Of a DNA stretch of 64,000 bases, positions 45,002 to 55,499 are shown in pieces. The position numbers were made by a program, and so were the translations under genes. Position 1 is the stretch's first letter. Each line of letters opens with the position of its first letter. The notes beneath the pieces are model-generated. The model was not told the DNA's origin. It ran no database searches and saw nothing but the letters and a program-made list of their open reading frames with translations. This stretch comes from an uncultured virus (IMG/VR IMGVR_UViG_3300031951_000036) (Duplodnaviria > Heunggongvirae > Uroviricota > Caudoviricetes): the IMG/VR virus record IMGVR_UViG_3300031951_000036; one strand, written 5' to 3'.

Positions 45002-45415
45002 ATGCAAGCAAAACCAAAACCATGTGCCGGATGCGGAGAAACCAAACCCATCTGGAAGAATCACCAAGGCAAAAAGTACTGCAAAGATTGCTGGTACCGC
45101 ACGGAGGTCCCCAAGACCCCATCACAACGCAGGCCAATGAAGCCTGTCTCTGAAAAGAAAGATGTACTGGATGTACTGTACTCAAAGATGCGCAAGGAGT
45201 TCCTGGAGAAACCAGAGAACGCCACCTGTCGCGCCAAGCTGCCCGTATGCCAGGGTGGATTTAAACAAGAACTGACCATACACCACACGATGGGTCGCGG
45301 CAGGTATTACCTGGACACCGCCACCTGGATACCGTTGTGCATGGCGTGCCACCGCTGGGTCGAGGAGCATCATGCGGAGGCTAAAGATATGTTCCTCTCA
45401 CAACACAGAAAATAA
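45002..45415 (+). CDS. Zn-binding HNH-like nuclease
   Basis: CAGC..CKDC; IHHTMGR...LCMACHRWVE. Confidence 0.6.
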   Translation: MQAKPKPCAGCGETKPIWKNHQGKKYCKDCWYRTEVPKTPSQRRPMKPVSEKKDVLDVLYSKMRKEFLEKPENATCRAKLPVCQGGFKQELTIHHTMGRGRYYLDTATWIPLCMACHRWVEEHHAEAKDMFLSQHRK

Positions 45416-45417
45416 CT

Positions 45418-45660
45418 ATGAAGAAATTTATTGGCTACTACATCATTGGAGCACAAAGCGCTCAAGATGCGCAGAATGAAAAAGGCTTGTTACTATGGAG
45501 TCCTATCAGACCCAGCTGGTTCAAGCGCACCATGAACCGCATACTGCTCAATATCTATTGGGTAGACAAAGAACGCTACAGCACCAATGAAAAAAACAAC
45601 CCTGATGTACAGCTGCACAAAGTACGCTGGACCAAACAACCTCAGGGACAAATCAAATAA
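45418..45660 (+). CDS. Hypothetical protein
   Basis: 80 aa. Confidence 0.5.
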   Translation: MKKFIGYYIIGAQSAQDAQNEKGLLLWSPIRPSWFKRTMNRILLNIYWVDKERYSTNEKNNPDVQLHKVRWTKQPQGQIK

Positions 45661-45662
45661 CC

Positions 45663-46793
45663 ATGACAGAAACTGGATTATCCAAACGTGAGATAATCCA
45701 GCAGGAAGCGCTCAAAGCTACAGTAGGTAAATACCGCTGCGGCCTCGCTGTCTCTATGGGTGTGGGTAAAACATACATCGGTTTGCAACACATGCACCGT
45801 GAGTATAACTATGCCCAGCAGATGGGCACCACGCCCAAGTTTTTGGTGGTCGCTCCCAAAGTCGCGATCTTCCAAAGCTGGAAAGACGATGCTGAAAAAT
45901 TTGACCTGGCATACCTGCTGGATTATGTGGAGTTTACCACATACTTATCGCTGTCCAAACAGCCCAATGACTATTCCTGTATCTACCTGGACGAATGTCA
46001 CAGTTTACTATACAGCCATGAGTTTTTCCTGGGGACTTACCCAGGACAAATCTTGGGACTGACGGGTACACCGCCCCGCTACAAGAACTCTGAGAAGGGT
46101 GAAATGGTTCGCCAGTTCTGCCCAATTGTGTATTCCTACATCACAGACGATGCAGTAGAAGACAAGATTCTCAATGACTACAAGATTGTGGTGCACCAGC
46201 TGGAGCTGAGCACGCAGAAAAATTACATGGTAAAGCTGAAGAACGGAGGCCAATTTGCAACCTCTGAACGCGAGCACTACATGTACTGGACCAGCCGCAT
46301 CAATAACACCACCAACTTTGCGCAGCAGAAGATCTTCCGCATCATGCGTATGAAAGCCATGATGGAGTACAAGACCAAAGAGCACTACGCCAAGAACATG
46401 CTGGACATGATCCATGAGAAGTGCATCGTGTTTTGTAATACCACAGAGCAAGCTGACCGCATCTGCCGGGACAGCTACCACAGCAAGAACCCGGACAGTG
46501 AGGAGAACCTGTTGGCATTCAAGAACGGTGACATTGACCAGCTGAGTTGTGTATTGCAGTTGAATGAAGGTGTGAACATCCCTAACCTAAAGGCAGGTAT
46601 CATCCTGCACGCATACAGCAATGAACGCAAAAGCGCTCAGCGGATTGGTCGTTTGCTGCGACTTAATCCAGATGACAAAGCTGTGATTCACATTCTGATG
46701 TATCGTGATACGCAAGATGAACAGTGGGTACAGGAAGCACTGAAGGACCTTGATCCAGAAAAGATCAGTTACACGTACTCTATGATCGATTGA
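45663..46793 (+). CDS. Superfamily 2 helicase
   Basis: MGVGKT, DECH, LGLTGTP, NEGVNIP, QRIGRLLR. Confidence 0.9.
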   Translation: MTETGLSKREIIQQEALKATVGKYRCGLAVSMGVGKTYIGLQHMHREYNYAQQMGTTPKFLVVAPKVAIFQSWKDDAEKFDLAYLLDYVEFTTYLSLSKQPNDYSCIYLDECHSLLYSHEFFLGTYPGQILGLTGTPPRYKNSEKGEMVRQFCPIVYSYITDDAVEDKILNDYKIVVHQLELSTQKNYMVKLKNGGQFATSEREHYMYWTSRINNTTNFAQQKIFRIMRMKAMMEYKTKEHYAKNMLDMIHEKCIVFCNTTEQADRICRDSYHSKNPDSEENLLAFKNGDIDQLSCVLQLNEGVNIPNLKAGIILHAYSNERKSAQRIGRLLRLNPDDKAVIHILMYRDTQDEQWVQEALKDLDPEKISYTYSMID

Positions 46794-46794
46794 T

Positions 46795-47187
46795 ATGCAC
46801 AACACGACCGTACACTACATCAAAAAAGGTGATCAGCTGGTGCCTGCTTCTGAGAAAGATGCAGGTGCTTTAAAGCTATTCAACATGGCCATTAAAGATG
46901 GCGACACCATAGAGGTGTATCTGACAAAAACAGACGGTAAGCACAAGACCATGGGTCAGCTGGCCAAAGTGCACAGCATGATCCGTGAGATTGCCAGCTT
47001 CACCGGCAACGATTTTGATGACATCAAAGATGAGATTAAGCGCAGAGCAGGGTTGTATGTTGTGACAGGAACAGAAGAGCACCAGACAGAACTGAAAAGT
47101 TTTGCCCAGTGCTCTAAAGAAGAATTGTCAACAGCAATAGAAATGTGCGTGCAGTTGGGACACCTGGTAGGTTACTACCTGGATTAA
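46795..47187 (+). CDS. NinB-like hypothetical protein
   Basis: QLAKVHSMIREIA...KSFAQCSKEELS. Confidence 0.5.
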   Translation: MHNTTVHYIKKGDQLVPASEKDAGALKLFNMAIKDGDTIEVYLTKTDGKHKTMGQLAKVHSMIREIASFTGNDFDDIKDEIKRRAGLYVVTGTEEHQTELKSFAQCSKEELSTAIEMCVQLGHLVGYYLD

Positions 47188-47492
47188 ATGTCACCCATTA
47201 TCTCTGCATATTCTTCAGGCGTAACCTGCTTGGTGAAACCGTCTTCCTTGCAGCGCTTTTCAAATTCTGCGCACAGGATTAAAACTGTTTCATAGTGCTC
47301 TACCCAGTCTTCTGTGAAAGCCTGGTTTTTGATCTGGTCGTTGGCGCTCTTGAGTTGCTCAGGAGTTTTGCCATCCACCAGATGCCCTACAAGTTTCTGG
47401 ATACGGCTGTAATAACCAGAGCTCATCTTCACATCTACCAGTGCGGTAGGTAAAATGATCTCTAGCTTTGGTGTTGGATTTTCTTTTTCCAT
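47184..47492 (-). CDS. Hypothetical protein, lone opposite-strand gene
   Basis: 102 aa; TACATTTG promoter element on minus strand at 47521-47528. Confidence 0.6.
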   Translation of the reverse strand: MEKENPTPKLEIILPTALVDVKMSSGYYSRIQKLVGHLVDGKTPEQLKSANDQIKNQAFTEDWVEHYETVLILCAEFEKRCKEDGFTKQVTPEEYAEIMGDI

Positions 47493-47565
47493 ACGTTTTA
47501 GCTCTATAGAATTGGTTTTACAAATGTAATATGAAACACAGTTGAATCTAATTTTTTTTTACAAC

Positions 47566-48291
47566 ATGACTCTAAAATCTCAAACACCTCAAGTTAACCA
47601 CGATGAAGTGGTCTACAAAATGTCAGAAATGCTCAAGGACTCTGGCTGGCACAGTGTACTCAAAGGATTCCTGGTATCAGAGGACTTCAAGCGTATACTG
47701 GAAACCTTGTCTACAACGGTGGGAGAAGGCAAACGCTTTACCCCGCCACTCAAACAGGTGTTCAGAGCATTCCAAGAATGTCCGCTGGACAAGCTGCGTG
47801 TCATCATAGTGGGCCAAGACCCTTACCCGCAATTGGGTGTAGCTGATGGCATTGCCTTTTCATGTGGCAATACCGGTAAACCGGAAGCATCATTGCGCTA
47901 TATCTTAGGCGCTGTCAATGATACGGTGTATGAGGGAAAACTGGACATTAAAACAGTGGATCCTAACTTACAACGCTGGTCTAATCAGGGTATACTCATG
48001 TTAAACACTGCATTAACAACAGAGATTGGTAAGATAGGTAAACACTTTGACATCTGGCAACCTTTTATTGCGTATTTAATTGACATGCTCAGCAAAAATG
48101 AACGCCCGCTTGTCTGGGTGTTTATGGGTAAACAGGCTCAGAATCTTATAGAGCTGGTGGATGACCACCACCATATTTTGAGCTGCTCCCACCCTGCTTC
48201 AGCCGCTTATCAGAAACAACACAAATGGGACTGCAACAACGTCTTCAATGAGGTTAACAACATTCTGGGTAAAGAGTTCATTACCTGGTAA
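47566..48291 (+). CDS. ung: Uracil-DNA glycosylase family 1
   Basis: IVGQDPYP, GIAFS, LNTALT, SHPAS. Confidence 0.92.
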   Translation: MTLKSQTPQVNHDEVVYKMSEMLKDSGWHSVLKGFLVSEDFKRILETLSTTVGEGKRFTPPLKQVFRAFQECPLDKLRVIIVGQDPYPQLGVADGIAFSCGNTGKPEASLRYILGAVNDTVYEGKLDIKTVDPNLQRWSNQGILMLNTALTTEIGKIGKHFDIWQPFIAYLIDMLSKNERPLVWVFMGKQAQNLIELVDDHHHILSCSHPASAAYQKQHKWDCNNVFNEVNNILGKEFITW

Positions 48292-48382
48292 AAGTTATGA
48301 ACAATGACGTTTTTTCTGTAGAGCTTACTTGCCTTTGCTCTACAAATTATCTATTTTAGCAAACTCTTTCCGTCCCACATTT

Positions 48383-49393
48383 ATGTTTGAAGCACCAGCC
48401 AGCACGCCTGGCTCTACCAAACCTGTCGCCTCTAAATCACCCTGGAAGAGGTACACTGACATCATGCAACAGGGTATTGACTACATTACTTCCCGTGCCA
48501 AGGGTGAGGTTAAATCACTCAGGACACAATGGGAAGGTTTCAACAGCATAGGACTTAACGGGATTGAGTGGCAATCGCTGTATGTACTGGCAGCCAGACC
48601 GGGTGTAGGTAAGACGCTCATTGCAGCATCTCTCACCCGTGAACTCCAGCGCATTAACAAAGACCAGGACTTTGCCGTCCTGCACTTTCAGTTTGAAATG
48701 CTGGGTCGCAACCTGGCTCTCAGAGAATTGTCCAGTGCCAACCGCATGAACATCCGTTACCTGCAAAGCGCAGGGGATGACGGTATGCCTCCACTGTCTG
48801 CTGAAGACATGAAGAAGCTGAATGCGTATGTGGCCAGCCAAGGTCATCGTCAGGATTATGTGATTGACACACCCCTTACGGTGAGTGAAATGCGCAAAGC
48901 GTTGATTGACTTTTACAAGGAAGTCAAAAAACCTTTTGTTGTCACCCTTGACCACACCCTGCTGGTTAAACAAAGCGGCACAGAGACCAACCGCCAGATG
49001 ACATTGCAAAACCTGGCCACCATGATGACAGAGATGAAAAACGCTCTGCCGATTACCTTCTTAGTGCTTACCCAGCTGAACCGTGAGATTGATGACCCTG
49101 ACCGTCAGAAGCCTGGTTCTTTAAGCAACTACCCCACTGAAGCAGACGTGTACGGCTCTGACTATCTGCTGCAATGCGCAGACGTGATGGTCGCCTGGAA
49201 CCGTCCTGCCAAGTACAACCTGAGTATTTACGGTCCGCTCAAGTACATGATCAACCCAGAAGACAAGTATCTGCTGGCGATGCATGTACTCAAGAACCGT
49301 TTTGGAGACACTGGCATCCAATGGTACAAAGCCGAGTATGCGCTAATGACCATCATAGAAGCCAAGACTCCTATGCAACAACCAAGAAAGTAA
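48383..49393 (+). CDS. dnaB: DnaB-like replicative helicase
   Basis: AARPGVGKT, FEM, LTQLNR, KNRFG. Confidence 0.88.
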   Translation: MFEAPASTPGSTKPVASKSPWKRYTDIMQQGIDYITSRAKGEVKSLRTQWEGFNSIGLNGIEWQSLYVLAARPGVGKTLIAASLTRELQRINKDQDFAVLHFQFEMLGRNLALRELSSANRMNIRYLQSAGDDGMPPLSAEDMKKLNAYVASQGHRQDYVIDTPLTVSEMRKALIDFYKEVKKPFVVTLDHTLLVKQSGTETNRQMTLQNLATMMTEMKNALPITFLVLTQLNREIDDPDRQKPGSLSNYPTEADVYGSDYLLQCADVMVAWNRPAKYNLSIYGPLKYMINPEDKYLLAMHVLKNRFGDTGIQWYKAEYALMTIIEAKTPMQQPRK

Positions 49394-49403
49394 ATTAACA
49401 AGT

Positions 49404-50063
49404 ATGAGTAGTTTTCAAGCTGATTCTGCAAAGAAACACATCACAGAAATCACAGCGGATTACCGTCCGTTCTGGCAACCTGTGTTTGACAACCTGCCCA
49501 ACGCTAACCCGTTCTTCTCTGCGAAGCTGTGTTATATGGGCAAAGAGTTCAGCGGAGGATCTACACGCGAGGAATGCGTGCGGTTCTTTCCTAATGAACT
49601 GAACAATGAAGATGGCATCTACTGCGAGCTGTTTAACTGGGAACAGGGTCACTACCATGAGGGATTTCGCGTGCTGTATCATCTGCCGCATGACCCCAAC
49701 TGGAAGACCAGCCCTGATTTCAGGGAGGTGACCACCACCAGCTCCGGTGCTAAACTAAGCACACCTACCTATGTGGTAAAGGTGAGCAAACTAAAAATGC
49801 TGAACAAGACCTCTGTGAAGGCCCTTGTACCAGAGATGACGACAATGACAGCAGAAGCCCCTGCAGTAGACCTATTCTCTACCACAGTGGATGACTTGCT
49901 GAATGAGGACAAGTATACAGAAATGTACAGTGAGCAAGAGGATGACCATTACACCAAGATGACCATCCGCGACCTATACTGCATGCTGCAGAACGTACCT
50001 ATGAGTAACAAAAAGTGGCTTAATCAATTGATTGAAAAAGGTAAAACATGGCAAAAGAAGTAA
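49404..50063 (+). CDS. Conserved crAss-like replication-module protein
   Basis: MTIRDLYCML...PMSNKKWLN; between DnaB and ATPase. Confidence 0.6.
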   Translation: MSSFQADSAKKHITEITADYRPFWQPVFDNLPNANPFFSAKLCYMGKEFSGGSTREECVRFFPNELNNEDGIYCELFNWEQGHYHEGFRVLYHLPHDPNWKTSPDFREVTTTSSGAKLSTPTYVVKVSKLKMLNKTSVKALVPEMTTMTAEAPAVDLFSTTVDDLLNEDKYTEMYSEQEDDHYTKMTIRDLYCMLQNVPMSNKKWLNQLIEKGKTWQKK

Positions 50064-50845
50064 AAGAACCAGTGGCTACCACTCCCGTTGTACCTCAACC
50101 AGAGTTTGTATTGCCAACTAATAAGATCAAATCAGTGACACAGAACCCTAAGAACATGATCATCTTCAGTAAGCCTAAGGTAGGTAAGACCACCTTGCTG
50201 GCACACTTGGATGATTGCCTGATCTTGGACTTAGAGAACGGATCTGACTACGTGGATGCAATAAAGCTGAAGGCCAACAGCATCACGGACATTGTAAAAA
50301 TTGGTACGTTGATCCTGGCTCAGGGTAAACCTTACAAGTACATCGCAGTGGATACCATCACCGCGTTGGAAGAAATGTGCATTCCCTATGCGGAAGAGCT
50401 TTACTCCAAGACACCAATGGGTAAGAACTGGTTTACGGAAGGTAAGGTCAAGTACGGTATGATCACCAACATGCCCAACGGTGCGGGCTATCCATACCTG
50501 CGCCAGGCGTTTGAGAAGATTATTGCCTACATCAAGACCCTGGCTCCACATGTGATCCTGCTTGGACACGTGAAGGACACACTCCTAGAGAAGAACGGTA
50601 CAGAGTTCAACGCGCTTGACCTGCAGCTGACAGGGCGTATCAAAAGCATCACTGCTGCGTATTCAGATGCCATTGGTTATCTGTATCGCAAAGGTGATAA
50701 AACCATCTTGAGTTTCAAGACCACTGACGAGGTAAACTGCGGTGCACGTCCTGAGCACCTGCGCAACAAGGAAATAGAAATATCAACCATTGACAAAGAC
50801 GGCAACATCACAGTTGACTGGGACAAAGTTTTCATTAAAGAATAA
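50048..50845 (+). CDS. Sak4-like ATPase (recombination)
   Basis: SKPKVGKTT, LDLENGS, IAVDTIT, ILLGH. Confidence 0.75.
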   Translation: MAKEVKEPVATTPVVPQPEFVLPTNKIKSVTQNPKNMIIFSKPKVGKTTLLAHLDDCLILDLENGSDYVDAIKLKANSITDIVKIGTLILAQGKPYKYIAVDTITALEEMCIPYAEELYSKTPMGKNWFTEGKVKYGMITNMPNGAGYPYLRQAFEKIIAYIKTLAPHVILLGHVKDTLLEKNGTEFNALDLQLTGRIKSITAAYSDAIGYLYRKGDKTILSFKTTDEVNCGARPEHLRNKEIEISTIDKDGNITVDWDKVFIKE

Positions 50846-50856
50846 TCAGTAACACT

Positions 50857-51594
50857 ATGTTTAAATCATCATCCTTCAACCCCAACGCGGGTTCATCTGT
50901 ACCTAAAATCTTAACACCAGGTACTCACTATTGTCGCATCATGGAGATCAAATTGGATACTCCACCCTATGATGCAGAAGCTTACAGTATCAACCTGCTA
51001 TTGGAAGGCACCGATCGCGGTGACGAGTTCCAGGGCGTGGCCATTGACAAGAATCGCCCAGAGCTGGGTACATACCGTGGGCAGATTGCCAACGTGCGTT
51101 CAGGTCGCTACCCGTTCTCTACCTATGAGTTCCAGGGTAAGACTATCCAGCGCGATGACCAGATCTTCCGTTGGGTAAACAACCTGGCTAAGCAAATGGG
51201 TGTGCTTGACCGTATGAATGCAGACGGTTTGCAGGCAGATACCATTGAAGAGTATGTGTCAGCCGTTGCTAAATACCTCACCGACCCAGAACTGTGGGGC
51301 TACTTCACCATTGGTGGACAGGAGTACTTTCAGGAAGGGTATGACAAACCCAACTACCGCATGTTCTTCCCAAAGCAAGAGGGCAAGAACTTCCCGTTCT
51401 CTGCATTGGAGAACGATGACCGCCAGCCGTTGAACCTTTTACCGTTTGACCGCGACAAGCATATCATTGCAGACAAGAGTCGCAGTGATGCAGCCCCTGC
51501 GGAAAGCGTCAGTGGCTTTGGTGGCCAGGCTGACCCACTAGGTGGATTGGGTTCTGCGCCTACCGCAGGCTTAGGTGACTTACAGCTACCTTAA
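50857..51594 (+). CDS. Putative ssDNA-binding protein
   Basis: Follows Sak4-like gene; PGTHYCRI beta start, flexible C-terminal tail. Confidence 0.5.
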   Translation: MFKSSSFNPNAGSSVPKILTPGTHYCRIMEIKLDTPPYDAEAYSINLLLEGTDRGDEFQGVAIDKNRPELGTYRGQIANVRSGRYPFSTYEFQGKTIQRDDQIFRWVNNLAKQMGVLDRMNADGLQADTIEEYVSAVAKYLTDPELWGYFTIGGQEYFQEGYDKPNYRMFFPKQEGKNFPFSALENDDRQPLNLLPFDRDKHIIADKSRSDAAPAESVSGFGGQADPLGGLGSAPTAGLGDLQLP

Positions 51595-51613
51595 CCAAAA
51601 CCAGAATAACCTT

Positions 51614-51642
51614 AAGGGGAGGGTGAAAGCTCTCCCCTTTTT
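51614..51642 (+). terminator. Intrinsic terminator
   Basis: AAGGGGAGGGT-GAAA-GCTCTCCCCTT plus T tract. Confidence 0.75.
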
Positions 51643-51653
51643 ATTCTTTGCTT

Positions 51654-52673
51654 ATGTTTTCAAGTAAAAGCTTTATAGATGACGTGCATGCCGTACCTGC
51701 CCACTGGATTTTTGAAACCTACCTAGGTATTGAAACGCTGAATGGTCAGCGCATTCGCATACGAAGCATGTTCAACCCTGCTGACAAAACCCCGTCGATG
51801 TTTATCTATTACAACAGAGACGCAGAAGCCTACCGGTATAAATGTTTTTCCACAGGAAAAGGCGGTAGTGCTATTGACCTCATGATGCACATGTGGAGTA
51901 TGAGTTTTGCCCAGGCCGCAGAACGCATCATGACAGACTACAGCAACTACCTGAAGACAGGCCGTCGTTGTGACACTAAAATCATTCAACACACGAATTG
52001 GAAAGTAGCAGACTTTACTGTGAGAGGCTGGACAAAAGCTGATGCATTGTTCTGGAGTCCATACAACATCTCTAGTACTCTGCTAGAGCGCTATAATGTA
52101 CGTCCATTGGAACGCTACGTGATGAGCAAGACCATGGAAGATGGTATCCAGGTGCAGGAATTTGTGGTGACTAGCCCTAATATCTATGGGTATTTCACCA
52201 AAGATGGTATCCTGTACAAGATTTACCAACCCAAGAACCGCGAGCGTAAGTTCATCAAGCTGTGTGATTACCTCCAAGGCGAAGACCAGCTTCAGAATAA
52301 CCGCTTCCTGGTGATCGCTTCAGGTCTTAAAGACTGCATGGCTTTGCAAAGTTTACCATTGCTTAAGCTGGATGTAGTGGCTCCTGATTCTGAGAACACG
52401 ATGATACCTGAAGACAAAATCCTGCAGTTCAAAGAAGATTATGACGCAGTAGTCACTATGATGGATTCAGACCAGGCCGGTATTGCCAGTATGCACAAGT
52501 ACAAGGAGCTTTATGGGTTGCCTTATGTTTACCTGCCTAAGGAAAAAGACATAAGCGACATCATCAAGACCCATGGTGTACAAGCGGCTCTGCAATACGT
52601 GATACCTATTCTTGATCGCGCCATCAACAGCTATGAGAGTTTGCAAAATAATTTTGTAGAACATCGAGCATAA
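51654..52673 (+). CDS. DNA primase (DnaG-like, TOPRIM)
   Basis: DKTPSM...YKCFSTGKGG; MDSDQAG; KDISD. Confidence 0.8.
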   Translation: MFSSKSFIDDVHAVPAHWIFETYLGIETLNGQRIRIRSMFNPADKTPSMFIYYNRDAEAYRYKCFSTGKGGSAIDLMMHMWSMSFAQAAERIMTDYSNYLKTGRRCDTKIIQHTNWKVADFTVRGWTKADALFWSPYNISSTLLERYNVRPLERYVMSKTMEDGIQVQEFVVTSPNIYGYFTKDGILYKIYQPKNRERKFIKLCDYLQGEDQLQNNRFLVIASGLKDCMALQSLPLLKLDVVAPDSENTMIPEDKILQFKEDYDAVVTMMDSDQAGIASMHKYKELYGLPYVYLPKEKDISDIIKTHGVQAALQYVIPILDRAINSYESLQNNFVEHRA

Positions 52674-52707
52674 TGTAGAGCTTGATTATATTTGTACACG
52701 CAACCCT

Positions 52708-53163
52708 ATGAACAACTGGATCTATGTACCTACCGGTGAAGAAGTCACCAAGGTGCAACACCTTCCCAACCATGAAGCCATTGTCGGCTTTGTCTACAAA
52801 ATAACCAATCTCAAGACTGGTAAATTTTACATCGGGCAGAAAAGCCTGTATCACGCACGCAAGAAAAAAGTCTCAGTTACTGAGAAGCGTCTCACAGGAA
52901 CCCGCAAGAAGTTCCGCATAGAGATGAAAGAGTCTGACTGGGCATTGTACCACGGTTCTTCCAAGGACCTGACATCAGACATCAGTAAGCTGGGTAACAA
53001 GTATTTTAAGCGTGAAATCCTGGAGCTGTGTTGCTCCAAAAAATACCTGTCATATTGCGAGCTGTCATGGCAGGTCAAGCTAGACGTCTTGAAATGCAAC
53101 AGCTACAACGGTAACATCCTTGGCCGTTACTTCCACAGGGATATGGAAAACTGTAAAAATTAG
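52708..53163 (+). CDS. GIY-YIG endonuclease-like protein
   Basis: GFVYKITNLKTGKFYIGQK ... FKREIL ... YNGNI. Confidence 0.75.
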   Translation: MNNWIYVPTGEEVTKVQHLPNHEAIVGFVYKITNLKTGKFYIGQKSLYHARKKKVSVTEKRLTGTRKKFRIEMKESDWALYHGSSKDLTSDISKLGNKYFKREILELCCSKKYLSYCELSWQVKLDVLKCNSYNGNILGRYFHRDMENCKN

Positions 53164-53167
53164 TGCT

Positions 53168-53320
53168 ATGGTTTTGAATAAACAACAGCAAAAAAGATTT
53201 GAGCAATTTGATAGGTGGCTGGAAGGCCTGCACCTTCAGACACTTACTGATGATCTTAAAAGTGACATTCGTGAAGAGGTAGAAGCTCTTATAGAAGAAC
53301 TTGAAGAACTTAAAGACTAA
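53168..53320 (+). CDS. Small hypothetical protein
   Basis: ATG 53168. Confidence 0.45.
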   Translation: MVLNKQQQKRFEQFDRWLEGLHLQTLTDDLKSDIREEVEALIEELEELKD

Positions 53321-53496
53321 TGGCAAAAATCAAAGACTACCTAAACTCCCCACTTATTAACGCAGTGGTAGACCAAATCAAAAAAGACATTGAGAACAGG
53401 GATGAGACCGCAATATGCGAACTGCTCAGCTTTATTCCTAAGAAGAACCTGATTAACTTCCTGCCAGAAGAGCAGTGGTCACAATTTAAGAAATAA
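53320..53496 (+). CDS. Small hypothetical protein (58 aa, not in ORF track)
   Basis: TAATG coupling; MAKIKDYLNSPLINAVVDQIKKD. Confidence 0.5.
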   Translation: MAKIKDYLNSPLINAVVDQIKKDIENRDETAICELLSFIPKKNLINFLPEEQWSQFKK

Positions 53497-53500
53497 CATT

Positions 53501-54556
53501 ATGGCATCATCACTAACCAAATCCTTTGTAGCGCCTCCCTCTATCAGCGAGCGCATACAAAAAGAAGAAGAGTTTTTTGATAAACCCTTTCTCATGTCTT
53601 ACTCAGGGCTTAACCGGTTGTTATACAGCCCTGCCCTGTTCTATCAGCATTATGTGCTGAATCAGCGTGATGACACGATGGACTTGAACATGATTGAGGG
53701 AAGCCTCATTCACTGTTTACTTTTGCATCCTGACAATTTTGACAGCCAGTTTGTGCTGTCTGTGGAGAACCCTCCCAGTGACAACCCCAAGAAGGTCCTG
53801 GATACTTTGCTGGCTCACTATAAAGACCTGAAGGCTCTTGGTGATGCACGTACTAATCTCTCTGAGTTTGGTGATGCAATCCTGGATTTGCTTCGTGAGA
53901 TGAACCTGTACCAGTCTCTGAAGACTGATGCCCAGCGTCTGGAGAAGATGCTCACACCCCGTCATGAGGAATACTGGAGATACCTGACTACCATGGAAGG
54001 TAAGATCGTAGTAGGCCAGGATACTTACAATTTCTGTAAGGCGGTGGTAGACAAGATCACCTCCAACCCAGTGGTCATGGACCGCATGGGTTACTTTGGT
54101 GACAGCTTCAACGGCATTACTAAGGAGAACGAGAAGATGATCGTCAGCTTCCCTGAAGACCTACCCTTTGGTCTCAGAGGTTTTATCGATAACCTGGTGT
54201 TTGACCCCAACAACAAAGTCATCCGCGTTAACGACGTGAAGAAAACCAGCAAAGACCTCAACAGTTTTTCTGACAGCATTGACTACTTCCGCTACTGGAT
54301 CCAGGCAGCGATGTATGTAATGATGGTGGAAGAACAGTACTTATCCAAGCCTGAGTATACAGGATGGACTATTGAGTTCAGGTTTATTGTCATTGACCCC
54401 TACATGCAGATCGCCCCTGTTAAAATCGGCAAAGAGAAGTTGAATCAATGGATCAGTGACACCAAGGAAAAACTGCAACAGGCACGCTATCACTTTGAAA
54501 AGCGCGACTTTAGTTTACCCTATCAGTACCTGCTCCATGAAGAGTTAACACTATGA
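53501..54556 (+). CDS. PD-(D/E)XK exonuclease (RecE-like)
   Basis: SYSGL, GSLIHCLLL, LRGFIDNL, VNDVKK, YWIQAAMY. Confidence 0.75.
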   Translation: MASSLTKSFVAPPSISERIQKEEEFFDKPFLMSYSGLNRLLYSPALFYQHYVLNQRDDTMDLNMIEGSLIHCLLLHPDNFDSQFVLSVENPPSDNPKKVLDTLLAHYKDLKALGDARTNLSEFGDAILDLLREMNLYQSLKTDAQRLEKMLTPRHEEYWRYLTTMEGKIVVGQDTYNFCKAVVDKITSNPVVMDRMGYFGDSFNGITKENEKMIVSFPEDLPFGLRGFIDNLVFDPNNKVIRVNDVKKTSKDLNSFSDSIDYFRYWIQAAMYVMMVEEQYLSKPEYTGWTIEFRFIVIDPYMQIAPVKIGKEKLNQWISDTKEKLQQARYHFEKRDFSLPYQYLLHEELTL

Positions 54557-55098
54557 TTTCAGAAATCTATAGAAAGTACTTTCAAAAGTCTTATACATTC
54601 CTATACCCTTTGTTAGGCTTCCACAAATCCAAGCACCCTAAGCCATACCAGACTTACCTGGTGTGGCCGGGGCAGTTTGGAGCAGAAGAGCGCAAACTGG
54701 TATGTGTGTATGAGAGAAACGACACAGAAGAATGGCGCGACTTTGAGCGCGAGATTCTGATCACACATAAGTCACTGGACCACTGTGCACCCATTGATGA
54801 TGAACTCATCGCTTATGTGTTTGACTTCAACCCCATGAAGGACGACTTTGATGCGTTCCTGGCGGGCAAATACTCCCGCATGACTGCGGATGCCAAAAAG
54901 AAACTCACTGACTACTATGGTGTACACACACCTGAGTGGGTGTATATCGAGAGCTTCCTGTTTCCTGAGAAATACTTTTCACAGTACGCTAAGATACTTG
55001 ACGTAGATGAAGACCTCATCCGCCAGGTGGGCGAGCTCTGTGAAGGCTATGACAGAGAACGCGAAGTTTTTCAAGAATCAATAACCAATAATTCCTAA
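54553..55098 (+). CDS. Hypothetical protein
   Basis: FLYPLLG...FLAGKYS. Confidence 0.6.
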   Translation: MISEIYRKYFQKSYTFLYPLLGFHKSKHPKPYQTYLVWPGQFGAEERKLVCVYERNDTEEWRDFEREILITHKSLDHCAPIDDELIAYVFDFNPMKDDFDAFLAGKYSRMTADAKKKLTDYYGVHTPEWVYIESFLFPEKYFSQYAKILDVDEDLIRQVGELCEGYDREREVFQESITNNS

Positions 55099-55103
55099 CC
55101 GCT

Positions 55104-55496
55104 ATGCAGAACATGCTTGCTTACAACACCGACTGGTACGGACACAAAACATTCCGTCTGATGCCAATCAACAACGATTGCCCTTTTGTTGAGGCGATCT
55201 ATGACCCAACCACCAAAGTGCTTGCCATCATTGGTAAGACCTTGGCAGAGAAGCCCATCATGCTACCTAAGTTGAACGACAAAGGTCAGCCTATCTCTCT
55301 CAAGACGCCTGACAACAGAACTGCTGAAGAGCGTCGCATCATCAGCACCTTTACAGAGTATTACCTGGATAACTTTCAGGACATCCGTGCATTCATTGAC
55401 CGCTTTGCAGTCAACCCAGACCACATCGCTATTACTGCCATGTTGTATTCTGAAGCAACAGAGATTCAAGAGCCACAGGCAGAACAGGAGGGCTAA
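55104..55496 (+). CDS. Hypothetical protein
   Basis: 130 aa. Confidence 0.6.
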   Translation: MQNMLAYNTDWYGHKTFRLMPINNDCPFVEAIYDPTTKVLAIIGKTLAEKPIMLPKLNDKGQPISLKTPDNRTAEERRIISTFTEYYLDNFQDIRAFIDRFAVNPDHIAITAMLYSEATEIQEPQAEQEG

Positions 55497-55499
55497 ATC

